Assembly (NCBI GenBank): GCA_965261895.1 | Contig: OZ253480.1 | Span: 549,560 to 613,559, forward strand | DNA length: 64,000 nucleotides | Direction of reading: 5' to 3' | Source of the DNA: an uncultured Candidatus Binatia bacterium | Lineage (GTDB): Bacteria; Desulfobacterota; Binatia; UBA9968; JAJDTQ01 | Shown: piece by piece, positions 18,864-27,021 of the stretch | Layout: each line of letters opens with the position of its first letter | Position numbering within the stretch: position 1 is the first letter of the stretch | Notes under the pieces: generated by a model | Told to the model about the DNA's origin: nothing | Database searches by the model: none | Seen by the model: the letters and a program-made list of their open reading frames with translations, nothing else | Made by a program: the position numbers and the translations under genes

Positions 18864-19328
18864 TCAGGGCTTGGCGGTCAATTCCGCGATGGCCGCCATC
18901 ACCTCCACGTAAGTGCCGCAGCGGCAGATGTTGCCCGAAAGGTAGTCGCGCACCTCGGATTCGTCGGGCTTCGGGTTCTCGTTCAGGAGCCCCTTGACGG
19001 CCATGATCATGCCCGGCGTGCAGAAGCCGCACTGGAACGCCTGATGATCCAGGAACGCCTGCTGCACCGGATCGAGGCTGCCGTCCCGAGTCAGCCCCTC
19101 GATGGTCAACACGTCTTTGCCTTCGGCGTTGCTGGCCAGCATCAGACAGGAGCTTACCGGCTTGCCGTCCACCAGCACGGTGCAGGAACCGCATACACCC
19201 ACGCTGCAACCTTCGCGCGTGCCCTTGAGCCGGAGGTCGTCCCGCAGAACTTCCAGCAGGGTCTGGTTGGACTTGACCGAAAGCTCGCGTTGGCGGCCGT
19301 TCACGTTGGCGGTGATGAGGTGTCTCAT
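18864..19328 (-). CDS. coxS: Mo-hydroxylase (xanthine dehydrogenase family) small subunit, 2x[2Fe-2S]
   Basis: 154 aa with CSVGVCGSCTV and CGFCTPG...CRCGTY cluster motifs. ATGA overlap with the coxL stop. Confidence 0.85.
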   Translation of the reverse strand: MRHLITANVNGRQRELSVKSNQTLLEVLRDDLRLKGTREGCSVGVCGSCTVLVDGKPVSSCLMLASNAEGKDVLTIEGLTRDGSLDPVQQAFLDHQAFQCGFCTPGMIMAVKGLLNENPKPDESEVRDYLSGNICRCGTYVEVMAAIAELTAKP

Positions 19329-21661
19329 GGCTTCTTTTCCCCGGATAGGCCGGCCTCGCGCTCGGCCAGGGCCTCCACGATCCGCTCCGGGCGGAGCGGC
19401 AGCTCGGTGATGTTGATGCCGCCCAAGGCATTGGCGACGGCGTTGCCAATGGCGGGAGCCACCGCGGGGGTCACCGCCTCGCCCACCCCCTTGGCGCCGA
19501 ACGGGCCGTCCGGATGGGGGGTCTCCACCAGCAGCGACTGGAACTGCTCGGGCTGGTCCTCCATGGACGGCAGCATGTACTCCAGCAGGCTGCCGTTCAC
19601 GGGCTGGCCCTGCTCGAACACCATCTCCTCGAAGAACGCCGCTCCCAGGGCCCCCAGCATGGAGCCCTCGTTCTGAAGCCGGCATTGCAGCGGATTGATG
19701 GCCTTGCCCACGTCCGCCGACGTCGCCACATTGATGACCCGCACCTTGCCCGTGTCCACATCCACCTCCACCTCCACGCCGCAGGCCGAGAAGAACCAGA
19801 AGGCCGCGGCCTTGCCCTTGCCCGTCTTGGGATCGAGCCCGCCCTTGACCTGGAAATTGCAGCTCCCGAAGACGCTGCCCACGGAATCGCCGTACTTGAC
19901 CTTCAGCAACTGCGGCACCGTGAGGCCCCGGTCCGGAACGCCTCTGACACGCACCCCGTCGGCGCCGAGTTCGAGGTCCGCCTTGTCCACCTCCAATGCC
20001 TGGGCCCCCGCGTCCAGCAACTGCTCCCGAACTTCCTCCGCGGCCCGAAGCGCGGCGTTGCCCATGTGGAAGGTGGTGCGGCTGGAGCTGGTGGACTTGT
20101 CGTAGGGGGTCACGTCGGTGTCCGGCGCGGACACGGTCACCCGCTCCACCGGCATGCCGAGCCGTTCCGCCACGATCTGCGCCAGGCAGGTGCGCACGCC
20201 CTGACCGATCTCGGTGCTGCTGGTCATGAGCATCACCGAACCGTCGCTGTTGAGCCGCACGCTGGCGGCCGACGCCGTGGGCGTGGTGGTGCTCTTCATG
20301 ATGACCGCCAGGCCCTTGCCGCGCCTCAACGACCCTTCGCGGGTACCCTCTTCCTGTTCCTCTTGTCCGCGCCAGCCGATACCCGACGCCACCTGCCGGA
20401 GACAGTCCGAGATGCCCACCGACACGAGCGGCTCTCCGGTAACGAAGACATCGCCTTCCTGGACCAGATTCTTGAGCCGGAGCTCCATGGGATCCATGCG
20501 GAGATGCCGGGCGATCCGGTCCATCTCCGATTCGTAGGCCCACGCCACGTGGGGCACGCCCACGCCGCGGTAGGGACCGGCCGGGGGAAGGTTCGTATAG
20601 ACGGCGTAGGTGGTCAACCGGCAATTGGGCACCCGGTACGGCCCACTGGCGACGTAGGATCCCGACTTCGCATTGGAGGGTCCGGAGAGGGCGTAAGCGC
20701 CGACGTCGTAGAAGGCCTCCATCTCGCGCGCCACCAAACGGCCGTCGCGCTTGAACCCGGTCTTGATCCTGACGAACCCGCCGTAGCGGCGTCCCGTAAG
20801 GAACACTTCCTCGCGGGTGAGCACCCACTGAACCGGCCGGCCGGCCTTGCGCGCCAGCAACGCCACCACCGGCTCAAGCCGGGCGTGGGTCTTGCCGCCG
20901 TAACCGCCGCCCACGAACGGAACGATGACCCGAACGCCGCTCTCGGGCAGCTTGAAGATCCGCGCCAACTGCTCCTGGAGCCCCACCGCGTTCTGGCACG
21001 GCGTATGCACCACCAGCCGGTTGGGCGATTCCCAAACCGCCGTGGCCACGTGGGGCTCGATATGGCCGTGCTGCACCGGCGGCGTGCGGTAGGTGTTCTC
21101 GAAGATCTCGTCGGACTCGGCGAAGCCGGCGTCCACGTCTCCGTCCCCGGCTCGATACACGCTGCAGATGTTGCCGCCGGCGTTGCGGTCGAGCTGCTCC
21201 CGGAAGCTGGCGGCCTGGGTCTCGAAGCGGGCCTCGTGGATGATCGGAGCCCCGGACTGCGCCGCCTCCACCACGTCGAAGACCGCGGGCAGGGGCTCGT
21301 ATTCCGCCTCCATGAGCTCCACCGCCTCCTCCGCGATCTCGCGCTCTTCCGCGGCCACTGCGGCCACGATGTCGCCAACGCAGCGCACCCGGTCCATGGC
21401 CAGCACGGGCTGGTCCTCAATGGCGTGGCCGTAGTGCGGGTTCAGGCCTTCGAGGTCGTCCCGGGTGACGACGGCCATCACCCCGGGCAAAGCCGCGGCC
21501 CGGCTCACATCTATCTTGACAAGCTTGGCGTGCGGGTGAGGGCTGCGGAGCGCCTTGGCATGGAGCATGCCCGGCAACTCGATATCGGCGGTGTACTGCG
21601 CGTAGCCGGAGACCTTGGCGTTACCGTCCACCCGCGGGGTGTTGCTGCCGACCACGCTCAT
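19325..21661 (-). CDS. coxL: Mo-hydroxylase large (molybdopterin-binding) subunit, xanthine dehydrogenase/CoxL family
   Basis: About 778 aa starting MSVVGSNTPRVDGNAKVSGYAQYTADI. ATG at 21661 with GGAAGGAAG SD. The raw ORF extends further upstream in frame. Confidence 0.85.
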   Translation of the reverse strand: MSVVGSNTPRVDGNAKVSGYAQYTADIELPGMLHAKALRSPHPHAKLVKIDVSRAAALPGVMAVVTRDDLEGLNPHYGHAIEDQPVLAMDRVRCVGDIVAAVAAEEREIAEEAVELMEAEYEPLPAVFDVVEAAQSGAPIIHEARFETQAASFREQLDRNAGGNICSVYRAGDGDVDAGFAESDEIFENTYRTPPVQHGHIEPHVATAVWESPNRLVVHTPCQNAVGLQEQLARIFKLPESGVRVIVPFVGGGYGGKTHARLEPVVALLARKAGRPVQWVLTREEVFLTGRRYGGFVRIKTGFKRDGRLVAREMEAFYDVGAYALSGPSNAKSGSYVASGPYRVPNCRLTTYAVYTNLPPAGPYRGVGVPHVAWAYESEMDRIARHLRMDPMELRLKNLVQEGDVFVTGEPLVSVGISDCLRQVASGIGWRGQEEQEEGTREGSLRRGKGLAVIMKSTTTPTASAASVRLNSDGSVMLMTSSTEIGQGVRTCLAQIVAERLGMPVERVTVSAPDTDVTPYDKSTSSSRTTFHMGNAALRAAEEVREQLLDAGAQALEVDKADLELGADGVRVRGVPDRGLTVPQLLKVKYGDSVGSVFGSCNFQVKGGLDPKTGKGKAAAFWFFSACGVEVEVDVDTGKVRVINVATSADVGKAINPLQCRLQNEGSMLGALGAAFFEEMVFEQGQPVNGSLLEYMLPSMEDQPEQFQSLLVETPHPDGPFGAKGVGEAVTPAVAPAIGNAVANALGGINITELPLRPERIVEALAEREAGLSGEKKP

Positions 21662-22500
21662 GGGCAGGCTTCCTTCCACACCGCGGCAAGGGCGCGGCGG
21701 CCCAGAACTCTCACCAGATGGCGCTTGTAGTCCGCCGAGCCGCGCAGGTCCGGGATGGGATCGATCTCCTCGGCAGCCCGGTCGGCCATGTCCTCCAGCC
21801 CCGCCTCCGTGGGATCGTTCTGGCACAGCAGCAACGGCCGCGGCCCCACCGCCCCCACCGCAAGACGCGCCTCCACCGGACGGTCCCCCTCCAGCCGCAC
21901 CAGCGCGGTGATCCCCGCGCACGGCCGTTCCTCGGAGGAGCCGGTGGTGAACTTGAGGTAGCTTGCCACCCGCCGTCCCTGCGCCGGCGGCACCGTCACC
22001 GCCGTGACCAACTCACCCGGTTCCAGCGCCGTCTCGTAAAGGCCCATCAGAAAGTCCGCGAGCTTCAGGGTGCGCGTGCCCGTTGTGCCCGTCAACTCCA
22101 CTGCCGCATCGAGGGCCACCAGCACCCCCGGCGGATCCGACTGATGGTCCCCGTGGGCCAGATTGCCGCCGATGGTGGCCAGATGGCGGATACGGATGTT
22201 CGCCACCTCGTGACAGGCCTGGGCCAGCACCGGAAGATGCTCCCGCACCACCGGCGAGGTCTCCACCTCGTGGATGGTGGCCAAGGCCTCGATGCGCGTG
22301 GCCCCGGCAGCATCCCGGGTGATGGCGTTGGCTCCCTCCAGCTTCTTGAGGTTCACCAAGGTCCGGGGCCGCAGAAGCCCCTGCTTGACCAGAATGAGGA
22401 GCGCGGTCCCGCCACTGACCGGCCGCACCTCGTCGCCGGCGTCGAGCATCCGGCAGGCTTCGGTAATCGTCTTGGGTTCCAGGAGATCGAAGTTGCGCAT
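21658..22500 (-). CDS. coxM: Mo-hydroxylase FAD-binding medium subunit
   Basis: 280 aa with the FAD_binding_5 pattern (VSGGTALL, ATIGGNLAHGD). ATGA overlap with coxL. Confidence 0.85.
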   Translation of the reverse strand: MRNFDLLEPKTITEACRMLDAGDEVRPVSGGTALLILVKQGLLRPRTLVNLKKLEGANAITRDAAGATRIEALATIHEVETSPVVREHLPVLAQACHEVANIRIRHLATIGGNLAHGDHQSDPPGVLVALDAAVELTGTTGTRTLKLADFLMGLYETALEPGELVTAVTVPPAQGRRVASYLKFTTGSSEERPCAGITALVRLEGDRPVEARLAVGAVGPRPLLLCQNDPTEAGLEDMADRAAEEIDPIPDLRGSADYKRHLVRVLGRRALAAVWKEACP

Positions 22501-22707
22501 GGGATGTGGACGTAACAGCCGTTTGAGGCGTCAGGGTTGGGCGTCCCTACAGGCGCCGGTTAAACCATCGTGGTGAAGGTCACCTTTCACGGTAGCGTGC
22601 ATAACACCGCGCGGTGGCTATTGCAACGAAAGAGTCATTTGAGGCTTATCAACTCCGAGATTGCAAATCGGCGGAAAGTATGGCTTGGCTAAAGGGGAGG
22701 TACTGGC

Positions 22708-22935
22708 ATGGTCCGGAGCAAAACGGCGATTCACAGGGACCCCGATATTCTCGGCGGAACGACCGTGTTCGTTGGGACGAGAGTCCCTCTCCAGGCTCTC
22801 CTCGACTACTTGAAGGCGGATCGGCCACTTGCAGACTTCCTGGACGACTATCCTACCGTGACTCACGACCAGGCAATAGCTGTACTGGAGCAGGCGAAGG
22901 ACCTGCTGGTGTCTGATGCGCTTGCTACTCGATGA
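22708..22935 (+). CDS. DUF433-domain protein (putative antitoxin)
   Basis: DPDILGGTTVFVGTRVPLQALLDYL is the DUF433 signature. Confidence 0.7.
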   Translation: MVRSKTAIHRDPDILGGTTVFVGTRVPLQALLDYLKADRPLADFLDDYPTVTHDQAIAVLEQAKDLLVSDALATR

Positions 22936-23152
22936 GTGCCTCCCGCGGCGGCTGAGGCGCGAGCCTGTAGGCTACGACGTACAGACAGTACCCGAGATGG
23001 GATGGGCCGGCCTCAAAAACGGCCAGCTTCTGCACTTGGCTGCCTCTCACTTCGACGTTTTCCTTACCGTGGACGGGAGCATCGAACATCAACAATGTCT
23101 CGACGCTCGGGATCTGCGTAGTCACCCTCCGAGCCAAGAGCAACGATATTGA
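22916..23152 (+). CDS. DUF5615 (Mut7-C/PIN-like) protein, putative toxin partner of DUF433
   Basis: MRLLLDECLPRRL...GYDV is the DUF5615 N-terminal hallmark. 20-nt overlap with the DUF433 gene. Confidence 0.6.
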   Translation: MRLLLDECLPRRLRREPVGYDVQTVPEMGWAGLKNGQLLHLAASHFDVFLTVDGSIEHQQCLDARDLRSHPPSQEQRY

Positions 23153-23337
23153 AGCGCTCTTACCTCTGATGCCCGCAGCGTCTCCCGAACCAAACTCGTC
23201 TTGCCCATCCGACGTTGCGCGGTCAGCAGCGTATGGGTCCCCTCCCGGATTCGCTCCGTGAGAGCTCTGATCTCGGCGTCTCGATCAAAGAACCGATCCC
23301 CCTCGACCCAGTTGGATCCGGCTTTCCTGAGTGTCAT
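23122..23337 (-). pseudogene. N-terminal fragment of an AAA/Arch-type ATPase (truncated)
   Basis: FFDRDAEIRAL...LLTAQRRMGKTSL is Walker-A-containing N-terminus. The frame terminates after ~70 aa, whereas family members are 350-450 aa. Confidence 0.35.
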
Positions 23338-23506
23338 GACCCAATCTCCAACGAAATGGTTGCCAACGAAATGGTTGCCAACCATTTAGTGGAAAATAGG
23401 ACGAGTGTTCAAGGGATTACCAGCAGCTTTGTTGCCAACTGAAACGTTGGCAGTCTAGTGGTTCAGTCAACCATTAACCGCCGGAACGCGATGAATTCAT
23501 CCGGAG

Positions 23507-24277
23507 TCAGATCCACGTCTGAGGATGCTCTTCGAGAATGCGTTCACTCAGGGGAGCGAAGTAGCCCCGGCTCGTGGTGAAGAATCGAAGCAATCGGCCA
23601 TCCGCGTCCGGCGTCAAAACGGAGCGTATCCAAACATTCATTTGGTCCGGATCGTCAATGTCTCGCGACTGTTCGACGAGGGCATTCCGCCATTTCCTCC
23701 TCGCCAACCGGAGGCGTTCGACGTTCAGGTTAAGGAGTTTGAGGGTGCGGCTCATCCGCTCAGATGGAAACCCCGCAGATTCGCAGGCGCCCTCATCCGT
23801 TTCGATCAATCCGTCGTCACCCACCCTCGTGAGCGACGGCAAATCTGGTAGTGTCCGTGGGTCAACGAAAGCGGAATCGTTCCGATTCCCCTTTGCCTGG
23901 CCACAACTCATGTTGTCCGCTATGGGTTCCCGAAAATGACCCTCACCCTCGTCTTCCTCCTCGTCAAGGGCTCGCACCGTACCGCCCATACAACAGGCGA
24001 CCATGTTGGTAATGTCGAACGCCCTGTCGTCGGCGCTCCTCGGGATCACATGCTCAACCTGACGGCGCGATCTGTTCAGACGACCCGGTTCGTAGATGTC
24101 GATTTCGCAATAGGTGCAAAGTCCGTGTTGGTTTCGGGCCAGAGCATCCTGGAGTTCGCGGCGCTCAGCACGCCATTTGCGAGAGTGGAGTCTACTCCAG
24201 GTCGCATTGTCGCCCTCGGCACAGCGAAATTCGGCAAGGCCGGGTGTGACGTCCTTCAATTCCCTGATGCGCTTCAT
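23507..24277 (-). CDS. ptuB: Septu PtuB-like HNH endonuclease (TIGR02646-like)
   Basis: 256 aa. HNH core CTYCE...VEHVIPRS plus CCMGG. ATGA overlap with ptuA. Confidence 0.7.
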   Translation of the reverse strand: MKRIRELKDVTPGLAEFRCAEGDNATWSRLHSRKWRAERRELQDALARNQHGLCTYCEIDIYEPGRLNRSRRQVEHVIPRSADDRAFDITNMVACCMGGTVRALDEEEDEGEGHFREPIADNMSCGQAKGNRNDSAFVDPRTLPDLPSLTRVGDDGLIETDEGACESAGFPSERMSRTLKLLNLNVERLRLARRKWRNALVEQSRDIDDPDQMNVWIRSVLTPDADGRLLRFFTTSRGYFAPLSERILEEHPQTWI

Positions 24278-25551
24278 TTCGACTCCGCCATCCGCTTGAA
24301 CAACTTGCGTTGCTTGATTTCAAGGTCGGCACTGGCAAGGGCGGGGTCCTCGGGAGACAGATCATCGAGAGTCTGCCGTAAGGCCCGAGCTTCTTCGGAT
24401 TCACCCCGACCCTCGCTCACCACACGCCCGTACCGGTCCAATGCCTCGGTGAAGCGGTTGTCTGGCCGCTCCTTCACGCCCATCACCACCGATAGCACGT
24501 CACCCGCTTCGGCGCCGTAGGTCCACCCACTTGGAGCCCCGGCAACGATGCGGCCATCCTTCCGGGCGAGTTCCACAATGTGTTTCGGCTCCACGGTGGT
24601 CAGCACCTGTGGGCTGTGGGTAGAAACAATGAACTGTGCGTTCGGAAACGTCCGCATGAGGTCGTCGAGGATCCGCTGCTGCCACGACGGATGCAGGTGC
24701 AACTCGATCTCGTCGATCAGGACAACCGCTTCGGAGCGGAGCGGGTAGTCAAGGTGCGGGTTCCCCTGAGCCATTCGCCACGCCAGATCGGCCGTGAGAG
24801 CAAGCACCGCGCGATAACCGCCGCTCAACTGGTCGAGTGCCAGCTTCTCGCTGTTCTGTCCCGTATCGAGGTTCACCACGAACCGAAGGGGATTGACCTC
24901 GATATGAGGATCGGACACATCGTCAAGCATGGACGAGATTGCATCACGGACAGTGGACAGATCCCTCAGTCGATAATCGAAGTCACGCCGCCTGTTCTGT
25001 TCTCTCAACTCTTCGTTTTCCTTGAAGTAAAACCACTGAAAGAGCGTCCGGAAATTCGTTCGGGCGGAAAGTGCCCCCTCCAACGCAGCAAACCGCAGAA
25101 ACTCCTTCTTGAACCCGCGTCTTCGCTGCGGCAAATCAAACACGACTCGGTCTGTATCGTAGAAGGCGACAATAGGCAGGTCGATCGGCGGTCCTTCACG
25201 GTCGGCGTCAACCAGCTTGCCGGTCTGCTCCCTCAACCACTCCAATCCACGCACTCCCGCCAGCGCCCTTCCCTGCTTCGTTCGAATCCGTCTCCAGGCA
25301 TGTCCATCGATTGGTGTTAGCGCGACCCGTACCGATTGCGCACCCTCACGGAGATCCGTTTTGCGGAAGTTTATCCCCGAGACACCGGGGAGTCGGGTAG
25401 GAATAGCGCCGAGCCCCACCGCGACCGCGCTCAACACGCTGGTCTTGCCGTGCGCGTTGGCGCCGTGCAGTACAGTCAACTGTGGATCAAGCGATAGGGT
25501 GAGCTTCTCGATGGCGCGAAAATTCTCGATCTCGACGGCTTTCAGCTTCAT
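24274..25551 (-). CDS. ptuA: Septu PtuA-like ABC-type (AAA_15/AAA_21) ATPase
   Basis: Walker A GANAHGKTSVL, ABC signature LSGGYRAVLAL, Walker B VVLIDEIELHLHP, H-loop STHSP. GGAGGGA SD. Confidence 0.75.
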   Translation of the reverse strand: MKLKAVEIENFRAIEKLTLSLDPQLTVLHGANAHGKTSVLSAVAVGLGAIPTRLPGVSGINFRKTDLREGAQSVRVALTPIDGHAWRRIRTKQGRALAGVRGLEWLREQTGKLVDADREGPPIDLPIVAFYDTDRVVFDLPQRRRGFKKEFLRFAALEGALSARTNFRTLFQWFYFKENEELREQNRRRDFDYRLRDLSTVRDAISSMLDDVSDPHIEVNPLRFVVNLDTGQNSEKLALDQLSGGYRAVLALTADLAWRMAQGNPHLDYPLRSEAVVLIDEIELHLHPSWQQRILDDLMRTFPNAQFIVSTHSPQVLTTVEPKHIVELARKDGRIVAGAPSGWTYGAEAGDVLSVVMGVKERPDNRFTEALDRYGRVVSEGRGESEEARALRQTLDDLSPEDPALASADLEIKQRKLFKRMAESK

Positions 25552-25624
25552 GATCCCATCCCTCCAACTCGTTGGACAGGCAGGCGGCAGAGTCTAATGA
25601 GTATTCCGTTGGTAGGTCATGCCG

Positions 25625-25790
25625 CTAGTGTGGTGTCTCACAAATACGCTTATGAAGATGCGAGGGCATTTTGGTTGTCGGCAAGGCGCGATGACGAGCA
25701 GTGGCCGTTACCACGCGAGGAAGAGCAACGCAGCCGACGGCCAAAAGGACCCGCAGATTCATAAGCGTATTTGTGAGACACCACACTAGT
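25625..25790. mobile_element. MITE-like element (family D) with 32-bp perfect terminal inverted repeats
   Basis: ctagtgtggtgtctcacaaatacgcttatgaa ... ttcataagcgtatttgtgagacaccacactag flank a ~100-bp core. The core and left arm recur at 53245-53314; a partial arm recurs at 5565-5584. Confidence 0.6.
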
Positions 25791-25826
25791 ATCCTGTTTA
25801 TCACGTCCTGCTGGTTTGGTTGAGCC

Positions 25827-26153
25827 GTGGTACCCATTGTAACCCGTTACGTGACATGTAACACTGACTGTGCCGTGATCAAGGGCTTCAGGCACAAAGG
25901 GCTACAAACATTCTTCGAGACCGGCAGCAAGAAAGGCATCCAGCCCAAGCATGCCAACCACCTCCGGGATATCTTGGCCACATTGGATTCGGCCACCTCT
26001 CCCAAGGAGATACGAGCGCCGAACTTCCGTTTGCATCTCTCGGAGCCTCACCGCGCCAATGTCTGGTCCGTGTACGTCGCCAAGAACTGGAGTGTGGACT
26101 TTCGTTTCATCGGTGGGCATGCCGAAGCCGTCGACTATGTGGAGCACCACTAG
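25827..26153 (+). CDS. higB: Type II toxin HigB (RelE/ParE superfamily, killer protein)
   Basis: IKGFRHKGLQTFFETGSKKGIQPKHANHLRDILATLD is typical of HigB. Alternative GTG start at 25875. Confidence 0.75.
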   Translation: MVPIVTRYVTCNTDCAVIKGFRHKGLQTFFETGSKKGIQPKHANHLRDILATLDSATSPKEIRAPNFRLHLSEPHRANVWSVYVAKNWSVDFRFIGGHAEAVDYVEHH

Positions 26154-26202
26154 TCCCTGACCCGGCCTTTGGTCCCTGCTACGCCGCTTTCAGGAGACAG
26201 CC

Positions 26203-26490
26203 ATGAGAATGCACAACCCGCCTCATCCCGGCGGTGTACTGTTGAGACAGTGGATTTCACCTTTGGGTATCTCCATTACCCAGGCCGCCAAGCACCTCGG
26301 CATTTCCCGCAAGGCGCTTTCCGAGCTGGTTAACGAGCACACCGGGATCAGTCCCGAGATGGCAGTGAGGCTCTCCATAGCTCTGGGCACCAGTTCCGAG
26401 CTGTGGATGAACATGCAGTCCAGTTATGACTTGTGGCACGCCGAACGGCGCAGGAAGGAGCTGCGAGTCACGTCCATCGTCGCGGCGTAG
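26203..26490 (+). CDS. higA: Type II antitoxin HigA (XRE-family HTH)
   Basis: [40 protein letters not shown] is the HigA HTH. Confidence 0.8.
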   Translation: MRMHNPPHPGGVLLRQWISPLGISITQAAKHLGISRKALSELVNEHTGISPEMAVRLSIALGTSSELWMNMQSSYDLWHAERRRKELRVTSIVAA

Positions 26491-26494
26491 GGTC

Positions 26495-26686
26495 TCACCG
26501 CTTCGGCTCCGTCAGCAGGAACCGCAGTGCCGTCAGCACCCGGCGCGGGTGCTTGCGGTGCATCGCCATGCCGAGCCAGTAAGCGGCCTCCCCACGTCCC
26601 ATGGCCTCGATGCCCTCGGCTACGGCACGCATGTTATCGCAGCTTTGTATGGGGGCGAGGGTGCGGAACTTAACAAAACGACTCAT
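26495..26686 (-). CDS. Hypothetical small protein
   Basis: 63 aa, G/C-rich third codon positions, divergent from the DUF1778 gene. No family recognised. Confidence 0.3.
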   Translation of the reverse strand: MSRFVKFRTLAPIQSCDNMRAVAEGIEAMGRGEAAYWLGMAMHRKHPRRVLTALRFLLTEPKR

Positions 26687-26744
26687 TTTAGTCCTTTATG
26701 TCATTTGGGCTAACTTCACGTAGTCCCATCGGAGGAACTCCGTC

Positions 26745-27011
26745 ATGAGTCGCTTATCCATAGAGTTGACCCCGGAGCAACACGAGCAACTCAGAACCAT
26801 CGCCGCACTGCATGGCCAGACCCTCAAGGACTACATCCTTGAGCGGACCCTGCCACACGTTCCGCAAAAGGAATCCCTTTCCGGAGACGGAACCCTGCTA
26901 CGGTTGGAAGCGTTTCTCAAGCCTCGGATAGCGCAAGCCACGCGCGGAGAAGTCGTCGAGGATTCCGTAAAGCAGATATTCGCCGCCGTCCGGAAAACTC
27001 CCAACGGATGA
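26745..27011 (+). CDS. RHH antitoxin, DUF1778/TacA-like (orphan, no GNAT toxin adjacent)
   Basis: MSRLSIELTPEQHEQLRTIAALHGQTLKDYILERTL is the DUF1778 hallmark. Confidence 0.55.
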   Translation: MSRLSIELTPEQHEQLRTIAALHGQTLKDYILERTLPHVPQKESLSGDGTLLRLEAFLKPRIAQATRGEVVEDSVKQIFAAVRKTPNG

Positions 27012-27021
27012 TGCCGGTTTG

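Noticed and set aside
18864-20828. 654-aa ORF on the minus strand taken as one gene.
   Set aside because: Only its last 154 codons (from MRHLITANVNG) have protein-like sequence (2Fe-2S CoxS). The rest is low-complexity Gly/Arg/Pro-rich translation of the alternative frame of coxL, typical of GC-rich DNA.
25625-25790. Retron msr/msd non-coding RNA next to ptuAB (retron-Septu type): the element has long terminal inverted repeats like retron a1/a2.
   Set aside because: No reverse-transcriptase gene is in the neighbourhood. A second copy of the same arm and core exists 27 kb away, fused to a REP hairpin. A repeated or mobile MITE-like element is the more economical explanation.
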